DNA of 64,000 nt from an uncultured Gammaproteobacteria bacterium (GCA_964355275.1 CAYHCB010000006.1:9745-73744), one strand, 5' to 3'; numbered from the stretch's first letter, positions 38,203 through 47,551 are shown. Notes: generated by a model not told the origin, from the sequence alone. Numbers and translations are program-made.

Positions 38203-38658
38203 TTAGTAGTGATATTCCTTATTATGAATAATAGTGGCTGCTCGATAAATTTGCTCAAATAAAACAACTCGGGCTAACTCATGAGGAAAAGTTAAAGGTG
38301 ACAGTGAAATTTTAGGATAACTACTTTCTAGCTCTGGCGCAAAACCTAAGCTACCAGCAATTACAAAAACTATTTCTAAATTATCAATCTTGATCGCAAA
38401 ATCATGAGAGTTAAAAAGTTTTCCATGTTCGGAGAGTAAATAAATTTGGGCCTCTTTTTTCCGTTCTAAAATAACCCTAATTCTATCCGCTTCTATTTTT
38501 TTGGCCTTCTCTTTAGTAGTAGCTGAAAAAGCTTCAGCTTTTACTTCTTCTATTTTTAAACGAGTATAAGGCTTAATTCTTTTTATATAAGACAAAGCAG
38601 CTTCGCTCAAATATGATTCTTTAATTTTGCCAACAGCAACAATGGTAATATTTAACAT
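38203..38658 (-). CDS. rlmH: 23S rRNA (pseudouridine1915-N3)-methyltransferase RlmH
   Basis: 151-aa SPOUT protein; N-terminus MLNITIVAVGKIKE; C-terminal LSLSPLTFPHELARVVLFEQIYRA. Confidence 0.9.
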   Translation of the reverse strand: MLNITIVAVGKIKESYLSEAALSYIKRIKPYTRLKIEEVKAEAFSATTKEKAKKIEADRIRVILERKKEAQIYLLSEHGKLFNSHDFAIKIDNLEIVFVIAGSLGFAPELESSYPKISLSPLTFPHELARVVLFEQIYRAATIIHNKEYHY

Positions 38659-38798
38659 GTTTTAAAATTTTAGAAAACTTAAAAATATTAATCTGCTCTT
38701 ATTCTATCAAAAATTTAAACAAGCGGCTAATAACAAATATTAATTACTAATACTACTTATTTATTGGCAAATGATTATAAAAATACTATAATATAATT

Positions 38799-39218
38799 AT
38801 GAAAAAAATCATTCAAGAATTTAAAGAATTTGCCGTAAAAGGTAATGCTATAGAACTAGCCACAGCGGTGGTTATTGGCGGTGCTTTTGGTAAAATAGTT
38901 ACCTCTTTAGTAAGTGATATTATAATGCCACTAGCTGGCGTATTTACTGGTGGCGGATCTTTCTCTGATTGGAAAATTATTTTAAAAGAAGCAAACGGTA
39001 TAAAAACAGCTCTTACTTTAAATATCGGACTTTTTATCCAAAATATAATTGATTTCCTAATCATTGCTGCCGCAATATTTTTAATGATAAAATTACTTGC
39101 CAGACTCAAAGAACAACTTAAAAAAAGCAAAGCTGAAGAAGAAAAAATTGCCCCCGAGCCTAAACCAACTAAAGAACAGGAATTACTAATTGAAATTAGA
39201 GACTTATTAAAAAAATAA
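38799..39218 (+). CDS. mscL: Large-conductance mechanosensitive channel
   Basis: FKEFAVKGNAIELATAVVIGGAFGKIVTSLVSDIIMPL; two TMs; charged C-terminus. Confidence 0.9.
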   Translation: MKKIIQEFKEFAVKGNAIELATAVVIGGAFGKIVTSLVSDIIMPLAGVFTGGGSFSDWKIILKEANGIKTALTLNIGLFIQNIIDFLIIAAAIFLMIKLLARLKEQLKKSKAEEEKIAPEPKPTKEQELLIEIRDLLKK

Positions 39219-39226
39219 AAGAAACA

Positions 39227-39258
39227 AAAAAAGAGTCCTAAATAAATAGGGCTCTTTT
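39227..39258. terminator. Bidirectional terminator
   Basis: Stem AAAAGAGTCCTA/TAGGGCTCTTTT (one G-T). Confidence 0.6.
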
Positions 39259-39281
39259 GCTATATTTAATATAAAGAAAGC

Positions 39282-39818
39282 TTATTTAATGAAGGTTAAA
39301 CTTTTAGCAATATTATCTATAACTAATTCTAAATCAGCTCTTTTTTCGCCATCATACCAAGCCATAAATGCATAAACCTTATTATTATTTATATAGGTAT
39401 ATCTTATTTCAGTTTGGCCGTCTTTAAAAGTTTTTTCCGGATTAGGATTAGCAATTACAGCGCCATCTAGAACCCAGATGCTTAAAGTAAAATCAGAACA
39501 CTGGAAAATACCTTTATTAAAAAAACATGAACCAGGATATTTCAACTTTACCCCCATTTCCTCATCTTCATAGGTAAAAGTTTTTCTTTTTTCTTCTTGA
39601 CTGACCGGTGGTAAATTATTTTTATTAGCGCTAATTGTTCCTGTTGCAGTTGAGGTGGCGCCAGTAACAGCAGAAGCATCTATCGGAACAGAACAGGTTG
39701 TGTTATTTAAACTAAGGGGCGGCGTCACGTCTGGTTTTATTTTTTCTCCACCAAGAAGTGAACAACCAGAAACTAAAAAGATAAGCGTTAATAAAGAAAG
39801 AAACCAGTATTTTTTCAT
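39282..39818 (-). CDS. Putative lipoprotein
   Basis: Signal peptide with lipobox LVSGC. No other motif. Confidence 0.6.
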   Translation of the reverse strand: MKKYWFLSLLTLIFLVSGCSLLGGEKIKPDVTPPLSLNNTTCSVPIDASAVTGATSTATGTISANKNNLPPVSQEEKRKTFTYEDEEMGVKLKYPGSCFFNKGIFQCSDFTLSIWVLDGAVIANPNPEKTFKDGQTEIRYTYINNNKVYAFMAWYDGEKRADLELVIDNIAKSLTFIK

Positions 39819-39850
39819 AAAGGTAAATATATAATTTATTTATTTCTATA

Positions 39851-40354
39851 TTATAGCACCAAAAGACCAGACCAGACTAATCCAGTAATAACTATTAAAC
39901 TGGCAAAAATAATTCTAAAAATTAAACCAAAACGACCAGCTAACCACATCAGACCAATAAGCGGAAAACCAATCAGCGGCCAAAGGCTAGTTCCCTGTTT
40001 TAAATAATTTAAGCCATCGCGAGAAGCACCTTTTAAATCTTCATCACTAGGAAAAGCATGAGCGGCTACAGAAAAAGCTAACCATAAAAATATAATTCTC
40101 ATATAAGAACCCTCATCAAAAATGTAAATAAAGTAAGCTAGAAAAAAAGCTACTAAGGAATTAAAAATAATCGGACCAGTGGCCACAAAAAAAGATTGAA
40201 GATAATTTCTTGGAGCCTCATGCATGACATAACCACTGGGATTTCCAAAACGAAAATAGACAGTTTTAATAACCTTTAAACCAGATATTTGGCAAAATAT
40301 TTTATGAGCCCACTCATGAATAGCGACACCCGGAAAAGTTAAAAAGAAAAACAT
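39851..40354 (-). CDS. Polytopic membrane protein with HExxH motif (DUF3267-like putative zincin)
   Basis: AIHEWAHKIF at the first TM boundary. Start moved to ATG 40354 because the longer start sits inside the upstream terminator hairpin. Confidence 0.55.
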   Translation of the reverse strand: MFFFLTFPGVAIHEWAHKIFCQISGLKVIKTVYFRFGNPSGYVMHEAPRNYLQSFFVATGPIIFNSLVAFFLAYFIYIFDEGSYMRIIFLWLAFSVAAHAFPSDEDLKGASRDGLNYLKQGTSLWPLIGFPLIGLMWLAGRFGLIFRIIFASLIVITGLVWSGLLVL

Positions 40355-40396
40355 AAATATTATAATTATATAAACATTATAACATAGGCTAAATAA

Positions 40397-40429
40397 AAAA
40401 ATCACCCCGCCTTAAAACGGAGTGATTTT
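40397..40429 (-). terminator. Intrinsic terminator after the 40447 gene
   Basis: Minus strand ATCACTCCG..CGGGGTGAT followed by TTTTTTTA. Confidence 0.6.
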
Positions 40430-40446
40430 AAAAATATTTTTTAAAT

Positions 40447-40935
40447 TTATTTAATTGGAGTGGCTGGAATAACTGGTGCTACTGCCTTTACTGGAACTAC
40501 TGGAGTAGCCGGACTAATATTTTGATTTAACATCGGACAAGAAAAATTTTGCGCTTGAAAAGTTTCTCCAGATATTTGAGCGCCACCATTTCTCATTGGA
40601 CAGCCACCCTGAACTTGAGCTGCTGCTTCCATCTGACAACCGCCACCGTTAAATTTATTACCACGTTCCATTTGACTACCACCGCGTCTATCAAAATTAG
40701 TCATCATTTTAGAACCATAATTACCGCCCTCACGATAATAATCATTATTACCTCGATTTAAGTGAGAACCAAAACTAGCACCGATTGAAAAAATAGCAAA
40801 AACTATAATTGCTACTAGAAAAATCCGAACACACTTATGCCCCTTACAGTCACCATGATGACCACAAAAAGCATGCTTTTTATGCTCTTCTTTAGATTCT
40901 TCAATTTTTTCGCTTTCAATCTTGTCTTCTTCCAT
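40447..40935 (-). CDS. Membrane-anchored Cys/His/Met/Gly-rich protein (possible metal binding)
   Basis: HKKHAFCGHHGDCKGHKC before a TM. Outer part has GGCQME, GGCPMRN and SCPMLN repeats. Confidence 0.5.
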   Translation of the reverse strand: MEEDKIESEKIEESKEEHKKHAFCGHHGDCKGHKCVRIFLVAIIVFAIFSIGASFGSHLNRGNNDYYREGGNYGSKMMTNFDRRGGSQMERGNKFNGGGCQMEAAAQVQGGCPMRNGGAQISGETFQAQNFSCPMLNQNISPATPVVPVKAVAPVIPATPIK

Positions 40936-41026
40936 AGGATTTAAAATTAATTATATTTTATAAAATTTTTAGTTACTTATAGGTAATACGCAAAATACTT
41001 TTTTTTCTTCAAATTAATAAAGATAC

Positions 41027-41063
41027 AAAAAAGGGCGGATAAAATCGCTTAAACCGCCCTTTC
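41027..41063 (-). terminator. Intrinsic terminator after the 41093 gene
   Basis: Stem AAAGGGCGG/CCGCCCTTT; minus strand followed by TTTTTGT. Confidence 0.6.
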
Positions 41064-41092
41064 TATATAAATAATATATTGTTTTTTATTCT

Positions 41093-41563
41093 TTATTTAG
41101 CATCAAATTGACCACCCATTCCCATTCCCATTCCTCGCCCTTCACCTTTAGTGACGCCTAATTCTGTCATAATTGCATCAGCTTGCTGACGTAAGTTATG
41201 GGCTTCAACAAATCGACTAAAATTACTAGCATTAATGGTTTTTAAAATTGGGGCATTTGCTCCTTCAGCCGCTACCCAAGCATTATAATCATTAGCCGCT
41301 AAAGCAGTTTCAACGGCTGCCTTACGTACTTCTCGCTCAGCTTGATTAGCGGTTCGATTAGCTTCTCTTTCTCCCTGAGTCATACCATTTTCTAAATTAT
41401 TAGCCCCTTTGTTCATTCTAAAATGAGAAGTGATATTAGCAACAGTGTTACCAGCTGAATTTTCTGTACCAGCTGCTAAAGTAGCCGAAGAAATTCCAGC
41501 AGCGCCAATAATTGTTAGCGCCAGTAAACCAAGAGCAAGTTGAGACTTTTTAATTTTTTTCAT
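41093..41563 (-). CDS. Secreted helical protein with Gly/Met-rich C-terminal tail
   Basis: Signal peptide, Ala/Glu/Asn-rich helical body, tail KGEGRGMGMGMGGQFDAK. Confidence 0.55.
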   Translation of the reverse strand: MKKIKKSQLALGLLALTIIGAAGISSATLAAGTENSAGNTVANITSHFRMNKGANNLENGMTQGEREANRTANQAEREVRKAAVETALAANDYNAWVAAEGANAPILKTINASNFSRFVEAHNLRQQADAIMTELGVTKGEGRGMGMGMGGQFDAK

Positions 41564-41646
41564 ATATTTTTTAATTTTAATTTGTAAAGTAATTATTTGT
41601 TAGAACCGGTTCTGCTTAGTACTACGTCTTAAAATTATTTTTCTTC

Positions 41647-41684
41647 AAAAAAATCTCCTCAGTTTTAAATTGAAGAGATTTTTA
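41647..41684 (-). terminator. Intrinsic terminator after the 41703 gene
   Basis: Stem AAAAATCTC(C)TCA/TGA(A)GAGATTTTT; minus strand followed by TTTTTTGAAG. Confidence 0.5.
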
Positions 41685-41702
41685 AATAGATTATAAATAT
41701 AA

Positions 41703-42518
41703 CTAATCTTCTAAAGGTGGCGGCGGCAATAAATCACAAGGTCTATCTTTATTATCTTTATTCTTTTCACAATTTCTAGGCACCCCCTCTGGTCGTGGTC
41801 GTTTAAAAAATCCGCGACCTGGGCCAACTGCTAAAATTTCTTTAACCAAAAATTTATGATCACCAGTTTTTTCTCCCATTAACATAACGGGATAACCAAC
41901 AACCATTTTTTCATCATCGTCATCACTAGAAAGTAAAGTTAACCAATCCTCTCCAGCACGATCAATTAGATGATACTCCAGGGGGCTAGGCTGAGAAATA
42001 ACTAAACCAGATAAACGACCACCTTCTGGATTAGCCCAATAATTAAGTCTAGGATTAATAACTTTATCATATAAAGGAGCTCGTTCTCCTAAAATATCAT
42101 CAATTACGCGATCAAGTCCAAAAGCATTAAGTATCCCGCCAAAAATTAAACTAACCGCAATAATTACTAAAATAACTTTGGCAGTAGAATATTTATAACC
42201 CTTTTTAGTATGTTTTACATAGTAATAAACTAATACAGCAAAAACAGCTAAACAAATTATCCAAAAGAATGGAATTATAAATAATAAAGCTTCCAAAAGA
42301 TTGCCACCGGCACGACCGTAAACACCAGCATCTTCACTCCTTATCATAAAAAAAATAAGCGAAGTAGAAATTGCCCCTAGAGCCAAAGAAAAAATACCCA
42401 AAAACCAAATAAAGGAGTTCTTTAAAAGAAACTGCCATTTTGGTTTCGGCGATATTTTTAATTCTTTAATTTTGTGCAAAAAATTTTCGCCAAAATTTTT
42501 ATCTTCTAAATTGCTCAT
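41703..42518 (-). CDS. Polytopic membrane protein, candidate anti-sigma partner
   Basis: ATGA overlap with the upstream ECF sigma gene. Three TMs. C-terminal domain ending PRNCEKNKDNKDRPCDLLPPPPLED. Confidence 0.5.
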   Translation of the reverse strand: MSNLEDKNFGENFLHKIKELKISPKPKWQFLLKNSFIWFLGIFSLALGAISTSLIFFMIRSEDAGVYGRAGGNLLEALLFIIPFFWIICLAVFAVLVYYYVKHTKKGYKYSTAKVILVIIAVSLIFGGILNAFGLDRVIDDILGERAPLYDKVINPRLNYWANPEGGRLSGLVISQPSPLEYHLIDRAGEDWLTLLSSDDDDEKMVVGYPVMLMGEKTGDHKFLVKEILAVGPGRGFFKRPRPEGVPRNCEKNKDNKDRPCDLLPPPPLED

Positions 42519-43099
42519 ATTTTAATTTGTTGTTTAATTAGCTCCCGTTTAAATTCACTTTTAGCTTTATTCATTAAAGATCCAACAGTACCAATTGGTT
42601 TCTTTATAATATCAGAAATTTCTTGATAGTTTTTTTCTTCTAAAAACTTTAAAACTAAAACTTCTCGATATTTTTCTGCTAAAGAATATAAAATTTTAGC
42701 GACTTTATCTTTTAAGTAAAGATTATCTATTTCATTTTCAATATTAAAGTTAAACATTATTTTACTGGCACTATCATCTTCTAGAGTAATGCTGTGTCCT
42801 TCCGCCCGAGCATTTAAACGACGATGTTGGCTTATTACCTGATTTCTCGCGACCGCATAAATCCAAGATGAGAATTTTAAATCAGTATCAAAATCATTTA
42901 GATTTAAATAAACTTTTAAAAATACGTCTTGTAATAAATCCTCAGCATCTTCATCTCTTACATTAGTTATCCGTCTAATATAATTAAAAAGTTTTGTCTT
43001 ATAACGATTAATAATTAACACAAAATTATCCTGATTTTCCAGGGCTAATTTTACTATTTCTTCGTCGCTAAGTTGTTCTGTCACCTCTGGATTAATCAT
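42515..43099 (-). CDS. ECF-type sigma-70 family sigma factor
   Basis: Region 2 (DLLQDVFLKVYLNL, SWIYAVARNQVISQHRR) and region 4 (YREVLVLKFLEEKNYQEISDIIKKPIGTVGSLMNKA). Confidence 0.85.
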   Translation of the reverse strand: MINPEVTEQLSDEEIVKLALENQDNFVLIINRYKTKLFNYIRRITNVRDEDAEDLLQDVFLKVYLNLNDFDTDLKFSSWIYAVARNQVISQHRRLNARAEGHSITLEDDSASKIMFNFNIENEIDNLYLKDKVAKILYSLAEKYREVLVLKFLEEKNYQEISDIIKKPIGTVGSLMNKAKSEFKRELIKQQIKI

Positions 43100-43118
43100 G
43101 TTTTTGTCTTTACTATTA

Positions 43119-43144
43119 ATACGTAAAGATTTATAAATTCTTCA
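43119..43144 (-). promoter_or_regulatory. ECF-type promoter-like motif upstream of the sigma gene
   Basis: Minus strand TTGAAG, 16 nt, CGTATT, 18 nt before the ATG. Resembles TGAAAC-N16-CGTATA. Confidence 0.4.
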
Positions 43145-43152
43145 AACCTTCT

Positions 43153-44289
43153 TTAATATATTGCTTTAGCGACTGTTTTAGCCACTTCTTTATCAAAAGG
43201 ATTAGGTAAAATGAGCTCTGGATTAGGACTGATAACTAAAGCTGCCAAGCTTTCAGCCGCTCGAGTAAGCATTAAATCAGTGATTTGTTTAACTTTATTA
43301 TCTAAGGCTCCACGAAAAATACCTGGAAAAGCTAAAACATTATTAAGTTGGTTAGGAAAATCACTACGACCAGTCGCGACCACAAAAGCACCGGCTGATT
43401 TTGCAACATCGGGCATAATTTCAGGGACAGGATTAGCTAAAGCAAAAATAATTGGTTTTTCATTCATGCTTCTTAACATTTCTTCACTTAATATATTAGC
43501 GGCACTGACACCAATAAAAATATCACGCCCTTTCAAAGCTTCAACTAAAGTCTGAGTATTTTTCTCCTTATTAGTTCGCTCAGCGATTTCGGCTTTAGCC
43601 TCATTTAAATCTGGTCGACCAGAATATATCGCTCCTTTAGTATCGCAAACGATAATGTTTTTAAAACCATATTTTAATAATAAATCAGTAATTGCTAAGC
43701 CAGCCGCTCCGGCACCATTAACTAGTAATTTTGCCTCTTCTTTATTTAAACCCCGAAGTTTAATGGCGTTGATTAAACCGGCTAAAACAACTAAGGCGGT
43801 GCCGTGTTGGTCATCGTGCATCACTGGGATATTTAATTCTTGTTTTAAACGGGCTTCAATTTCAAAACAGCGCGGAGCAGAAATATCTTCTAAATTGATT
43901 CCTCCAAAATTAGGAGCCAAATATTTTACGGTTTTAATTATTTCTTCGGTATCTTGCGTATCTAAACAAATTGGAAAAGCATCAACTCCAGCAAAAGCTT
44001 TAAATAAAATACATTTACCTTCCATGACTGGTAAAGCTGCCTCAGGACCCAAATTGCCAAGTCCTAAAATAGCACTACCATCGCTTATTACCGCTACCAT
44101 ATTACCTTTCATGGTATGAGTTAAGGCAGCGGATTTGTCTTGAGCGATTAAACGACAAACCTCAGCAACGCCAGGGGTATAAGCCAAAGACAAATCTTCT
44201 TTATTCAAAAGTGGCACCTTACTCAGTATTTCCAATTTACCTTTATTTTTTTGATGTAAATTTAATGATTCTTGATAAACACTTAACAT
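43153..44289 (-). CDS. NAD(P)-dependent malic enzyme (short, MaeB N-terminal type)
   Basis: LSLAYTPGVAEVC and VAVISDGSAILGLGNLGPEAALPVMEGKCILFK. Start moved to ATG 44289 (MLSVYQ) to remove overlap with the upstream gene. Confidence 0.85.
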   Translation of the reverse strand: MLSVYQESLNLHQKNKGKLEILSKVPLLNKEDLSLAYTPGVAEVCRLIAQDKSAALTHTMKGNMVAVISDGSAILGLGNLGPEAALPVMEGKCILFKAFAGVDAFPICLDTQDTEEIIKTVKYLAPNFGGINLEDISAPRCFEIEARLKQELNIPVMHDDQHGTALVVLAGLINAIKLRGLNKEEAKLLVNGAGAAGLAITDLLLKYGFKNIIVCDTKGAIYSGRPDLNEAKAEIAERTNKEKNTQTLVEALKGRDIFIGVSAANILSEEMLRSMNEKPIIFALANPVPEIMPDVAKSAGAFVVATGRSDFPNQLNNVLAFPGIFRGALDNKVKQITDLMLTRAAESLAALVISPNPELILPNPFDKEVAKTVAKAIY

Positions 44290-44299
44290 ATTTTTATAT

Positions 44300-45067
44300 T
44301 TATTTACGTAATTTATAAAACAGAATAGCGGCGGCCACTGAAACATTTAAAGATTCAATTTTATCAGAAATATCAATTTTGATAGTTTGACTAGCCATTT
44401 GACCAATTTCAGCGCTAACACCATGACTTTCATTGCCTAAAACTAAACAAAAATTATCAACCGGCTTAAGCTCATCTAAATCTAAACTGCCCCGTGAGCT
44501 AGTGACATACAGTGGTAATTTATTTTGTTTAAGCCAAGCGCCATTTTTATCTTCTAAAATATTTAATTTAAAAATAGAATCTTTAGCGGCGGCAATTGTC
44601 TTAGCATTATAAATATCCACACAAGTATCATCTAAAACTAAATTAGTAAAATTAAAAGCTAAAGCCGTACGCATAATAGTGCCTAAATTACCCGGATCAC
44701 TGACACCATTTAAATAAATAACTGATTTGCTGGCAACTAAATCATTAACCGGAAATTTATAAATAGCCGTAATTCCCGAGGGTGTGTCTAATTGAGAATA
44801 ATGACGATTAAGTGCTTCATCAATTATATAATAAGGGGCGTTAGAATTTTCTTGTAAAACTTGGAATTTATCAAGATGTCTAGTGATAAATTCAGCGGTC
44901 ACAAATAAAACCTCAAAATCATAACCACTGGCTAAGGCGTCGCTAATAATTGTTAAGTTTTCTACGGTAAATTGTTTAAACTCATACCGGTATTTTTTAA
45001 GTGCCAGTTTGCCTAATAATTTGATTTGATTATTTTGTAAGCTAACAATGGTTTCTAGTTTTTTCAT
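44300..45067 (-). CDS. TrmH/SpoU-family RNA 2'-O-methyltransferase
   Basis: SPOUT motifs GNLGTIMRTA, LVLGNESHGVS, ESLNVSVAAAI. Confidence 0.8.
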   Translation of the reverse strand: MKKLETIVSLQNNQIKLLGKLALKKYRYEFKQFTVENLTIISDALASGYDFEVLFVTAEFITRHLDKFQVLQENSNAPYYIIDEALNRHYSQLDTPSGITAIYKFPVNDLVASKSVIYLNGVSDPGNLGTIMRTALAFNFTNLVLDDTCVDIYNAKTIAAAKDSIFKLNILEDKNGAWLKQNKLPLYVTSSRGSLDLDELKPVDNFCLVLGNESHGVSAEIGQMASQTIKIDISDKIESLNVSVAAAILFYKLRK

Positions 45068-45073
45068 AATATT

Positions 45074-45550
45074 TTAATTTAAATTTTTAATCCAATTTTT
45101 AGCATTACCTAAAGTTAAATCTTTATTTTTCTTAAGAGGGGCAAAAAAATCGATTACCGAAATAATTTGATTATTATTTAATTTAGCTTGTAAATTAATT
45201 AAAGCTTTGCCAGGATTACTTTCATGGCTACAAAAAAGGGCTATTTTTTTATTTACTAAAATATTATTTGCTAAAAAGCTACGAATTGCTGGCACGTAAT
45301 TAGCCGCCCAAACTGGCGTTCCAATAACAATTAAATCATAAATATTAAGATTATTATTTATTTTTTCAATTTCTGGCGATTCTTTCATAATTACCTGACG
45401 CCCACCCCATAAATATTTCAGGAAACTATCAGATTTTAATTCCTTTTTAAGATGTAAAACTAACAGATCGGCCCCCACTTCTTGAGCCATTGTTTCACTA
45501 AGAAGTTTAACATTACCATCTAAAGAGTAATAAATAATTAGCGTTTTCAT
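45074..45550 (-). CDS. Flavodoxin-like fold protein
   Basis: MKTLIIYYSLDGN start; LIVIGTPVW; ~160 aa. Confidence 0.65.
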   Translation of the reverse strand: MKTLIIYYSLDGNVKLLSETMAQEVGADLLVLHLKKELKSDSFLKYLWGGRQVIMKESPEIEKINNNLNIYDLIVIGTPVWAANYVPAIRSFLANNILVNKKIALFCSHESNPGKALINLQAKLNNNQIISVIDFFAPLKKNKDLTLGNAKNWIKNLN

Positions 45551-45560
45551 AATATTTTAA

Positions 45561-47156
45561 TTAATTATCTAAATGTAAATTTATAATCGATTCAGCAACC
45601 GTTAAACCATCAATAGCTGAAGAGACAATACCGCCAGCATAGCCAGCACCTTCACCACAAGGATAAAGACCTAAAATATTTGACTGACATTTTTCATTTC
45701 TCAGTAATCTAAGTGGCGCGGAACTTCTGGTTTCAATGCCGGTTAATAAGGCTTCTGGATCAGCAAACCCTTTAATTTTTTGAGCCATCAGGGGCAACGC
45801 TTTTTTTAAACTTCGAATTACATAATCAGGTAAACAGGCATCTAAAGATGTCAGTTTAACGCCTGGTAAATAAGTTGGTTTTACTTTACCAATTTTAAAT
45901 GAAGGGCGACCCGCTAAAAAATCGCCAACTAGTTGCGCTGGGGCCTCATAATTTGAACCACCCATTTCATAGGCTTTTTGCTCCCAAAAACGCTGAAAAT
46001 ATAAACCAGCCAAAGGATCAGTAGAACTAAAATCACTAGGCATAACCGGAACTAGTAAAGCACTATTAGAATTAGCGCCGGCCTGTGAGTAAAGACTCAT
46101 ACCATTAGTGACTAATCCACCTAATTCTGAAGCGGCCGCAATAACATAACCACCGGGGCACATACAAAAAGTATAAACGGATCTTTCGCCAATTACATGC
46201 TCGACTAATTTATATTTAGCGCTGGAGAGTTTTGGATGACTACAAAAATTACCATATTGGGCGCTGTTAATATTTTCTCTTAAATGCTCAATGCGCAACC
46301 CAATCGCAAATGGTTTTGCCTGAATCTCGACTTGTTTTTCCTGAAGCATTTGGTAAGTGTCACGAGCGGAATGACCAGTGGCTAAAATAACTGAATCAGC
46401 TAAAATACGCTCCTTATCATTAAGGATAACAGCGACTATTTTCCCGTCCACAATTTCTAAATCGGTTAAACAAGTGTCAAAACGCACTTCCCCGCCCAAT
46501 GAAATTATTTTTTGACGAATATTTTTTACTATTTTTCTTAAATTATCGGTGCCAATATGAGGCGTGGCGCTAGTTATTATTTCGCTAGGCGCCCCAGCCG
46601 CTACTAATTCCGAAAAAACATAACTTGATCTGGGATCATTTATTAAAGTATATAATTTACCATCAGAAAAAGTACCCGCCCCACCTTCGCCAAACTGAAT
46701 ATTAGATTCTTTATTTAAAATACCGGATTTAAAAAAGTTACTTACCGTTTCTGACCTTAAATCGACCTCCTGCCCACGTTCGATTAGAAAAGGTTGCAAA
46801 CCAGCTGTAGCTAGAGCTAAAGCGGCAAATAAGCCGCTAGGGCCGCTACCGACAACGATTGGTCGATGGGAAGAGAGAGAAACTTTCTTTATTTCATAAA
46901 TATAAGGAGTTACAATTCTCACGCGATGTCTGGGACTCCAGATTTTAATATCTTTTATATCTTTAACCTTAACGTCTACTGAATAAATAAAAAGTATCTG
47001 AGATTTTTTTCGGGAATCAATGGCTTTTTTAATAATCTTACAACTTATAATAGCTGATTCCGGTAAAGCTAAAATTACCCCTATTTTATCTTTAAGCAAA
47101 TCCTCGTCGTCTTCCAAGTCTAAACTTATTTCTTCAATTCTAATTAAATTATTCAT
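45561..47156 (-). CDS. FAD-dependent oxidoreductase of unknown specificity (COG2509-like)
   Basis: Dinucleotide fold VVGSGPSGLFAALALA; C-terminal GEGAGYAGGI. Confidence 0.7.
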   Translation of the reverse strand: MNNLIRIEEISLDLEDDEDLLKDKIGVILALPESAIISCKIIKKAIDSRKKSQILFIYSVDVKVKDIKDIKIWSPRHRVRIVTPYIYEIKKVSLSSHRPIVVGSGPSGLFAALALATAGLQPFLIERGQEVDLRSETVSNFFKSGILNKESNIQFGEGGAGTFSDGKLYTLINDPRSSYVFSELVAAGAPSEIITSATPHIGTDNLRKIVKNIRQKIISLGGEVRFDTCLTDLEIVDGKIVAVILNDKERILADSVILATGHSARDTYQMLQEKQVEIQAKPFAIGLRIEHLRENINSAQYGNFCSHPKLSSAKYKLVEHVIGERSVYTFCMCPGGYVIAAASELGGLVTNGMSLYSQAGANSNSALLVPVMPSDFSSTDPLAGLYFQRFWEQKAYEMGGSNYEAPAQLVGDFLAGRPSFKIGKVKPTYLPGVKLTSLDACLPDYVIRSLKKALPLMAQKIKGFADPEALLTGIETRSSAPLRLLRNEKCQSNILGLYPCGEGAGYAGGIVSSAIDGLTVAESIINLHLDN

Positions 47157-47265
47157 ACTTAAAACATTATTTCTACTCTAAATATTACCTTGACTTACTT
47201 TAATATGCAATCTCTTTAAAAAGTGTAACAAATACAATATTTTTACGTATTATTATATGTAAAAT

Positions 47266-47433
47266 ATGAAAAAGATGCAGAGCTTACAACCCATGTGGTC
47301 AAATTTACAAGCCTTATATAAGGACTGTTTTGCTTATGGTATCGTCACTGACCACCGAGCTGATTGGGCTTTAGCTATGTATTATCAACAACCAGAAAAA
47401 AGTTTAAAGACTATTCGGAGGAATCCCGGATAG
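47266..47433 (+). CDS. Candidate 55-aa small protein (below track cutoff), or part of a cis-regulatory leader
   Basis: ATG..TAG ORF MKKMQSLQPMWSNLQALYKDCFAYGIVTDHRADWALAMYYQQPEKSLKTIRRNPG. GC-richer than flanks. Terminator 27 nt downstream. Confidence 0.3.
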   Translation: MKKMQSLQPMWSNLQALYKDCFAYGIVTDHRADWALAMYYQQPEKSLKTIRRNPG

Positions 47434-47460
47434 GAACAAAAAAAATGTTGCTAACAAGTT

Positions 47461-47497
47461 AAATCCCTCGGCTCAATTCGATCCGAGGGATTTTTTT
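47461..47497 (+). terminator. Intrinsic terminator 55 nt upstream of the MFS gene
   Basis: 11-bp stem AAATCCCTCGG/CCGAGGGATTT followed by 7 T. Confidence 0.7.
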
Positions 47498-47551
47498 GTC
47501 AAAAAAGTATTTCTTGAATTTTTACTAACCGTTCATTAAAAACCAAAAACC

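Noticed and set aside
40355-40405. Longer starts of several track ORFs (40405, 44346, 51335, 58506, 61962)
   Set aside because: The extensions are hydrophobic or odd, overlap terminators, palindromes or upstream genes, and internal ATGs give canonical N-termini (e.g. [14 protein letters not shown] for MsrA).
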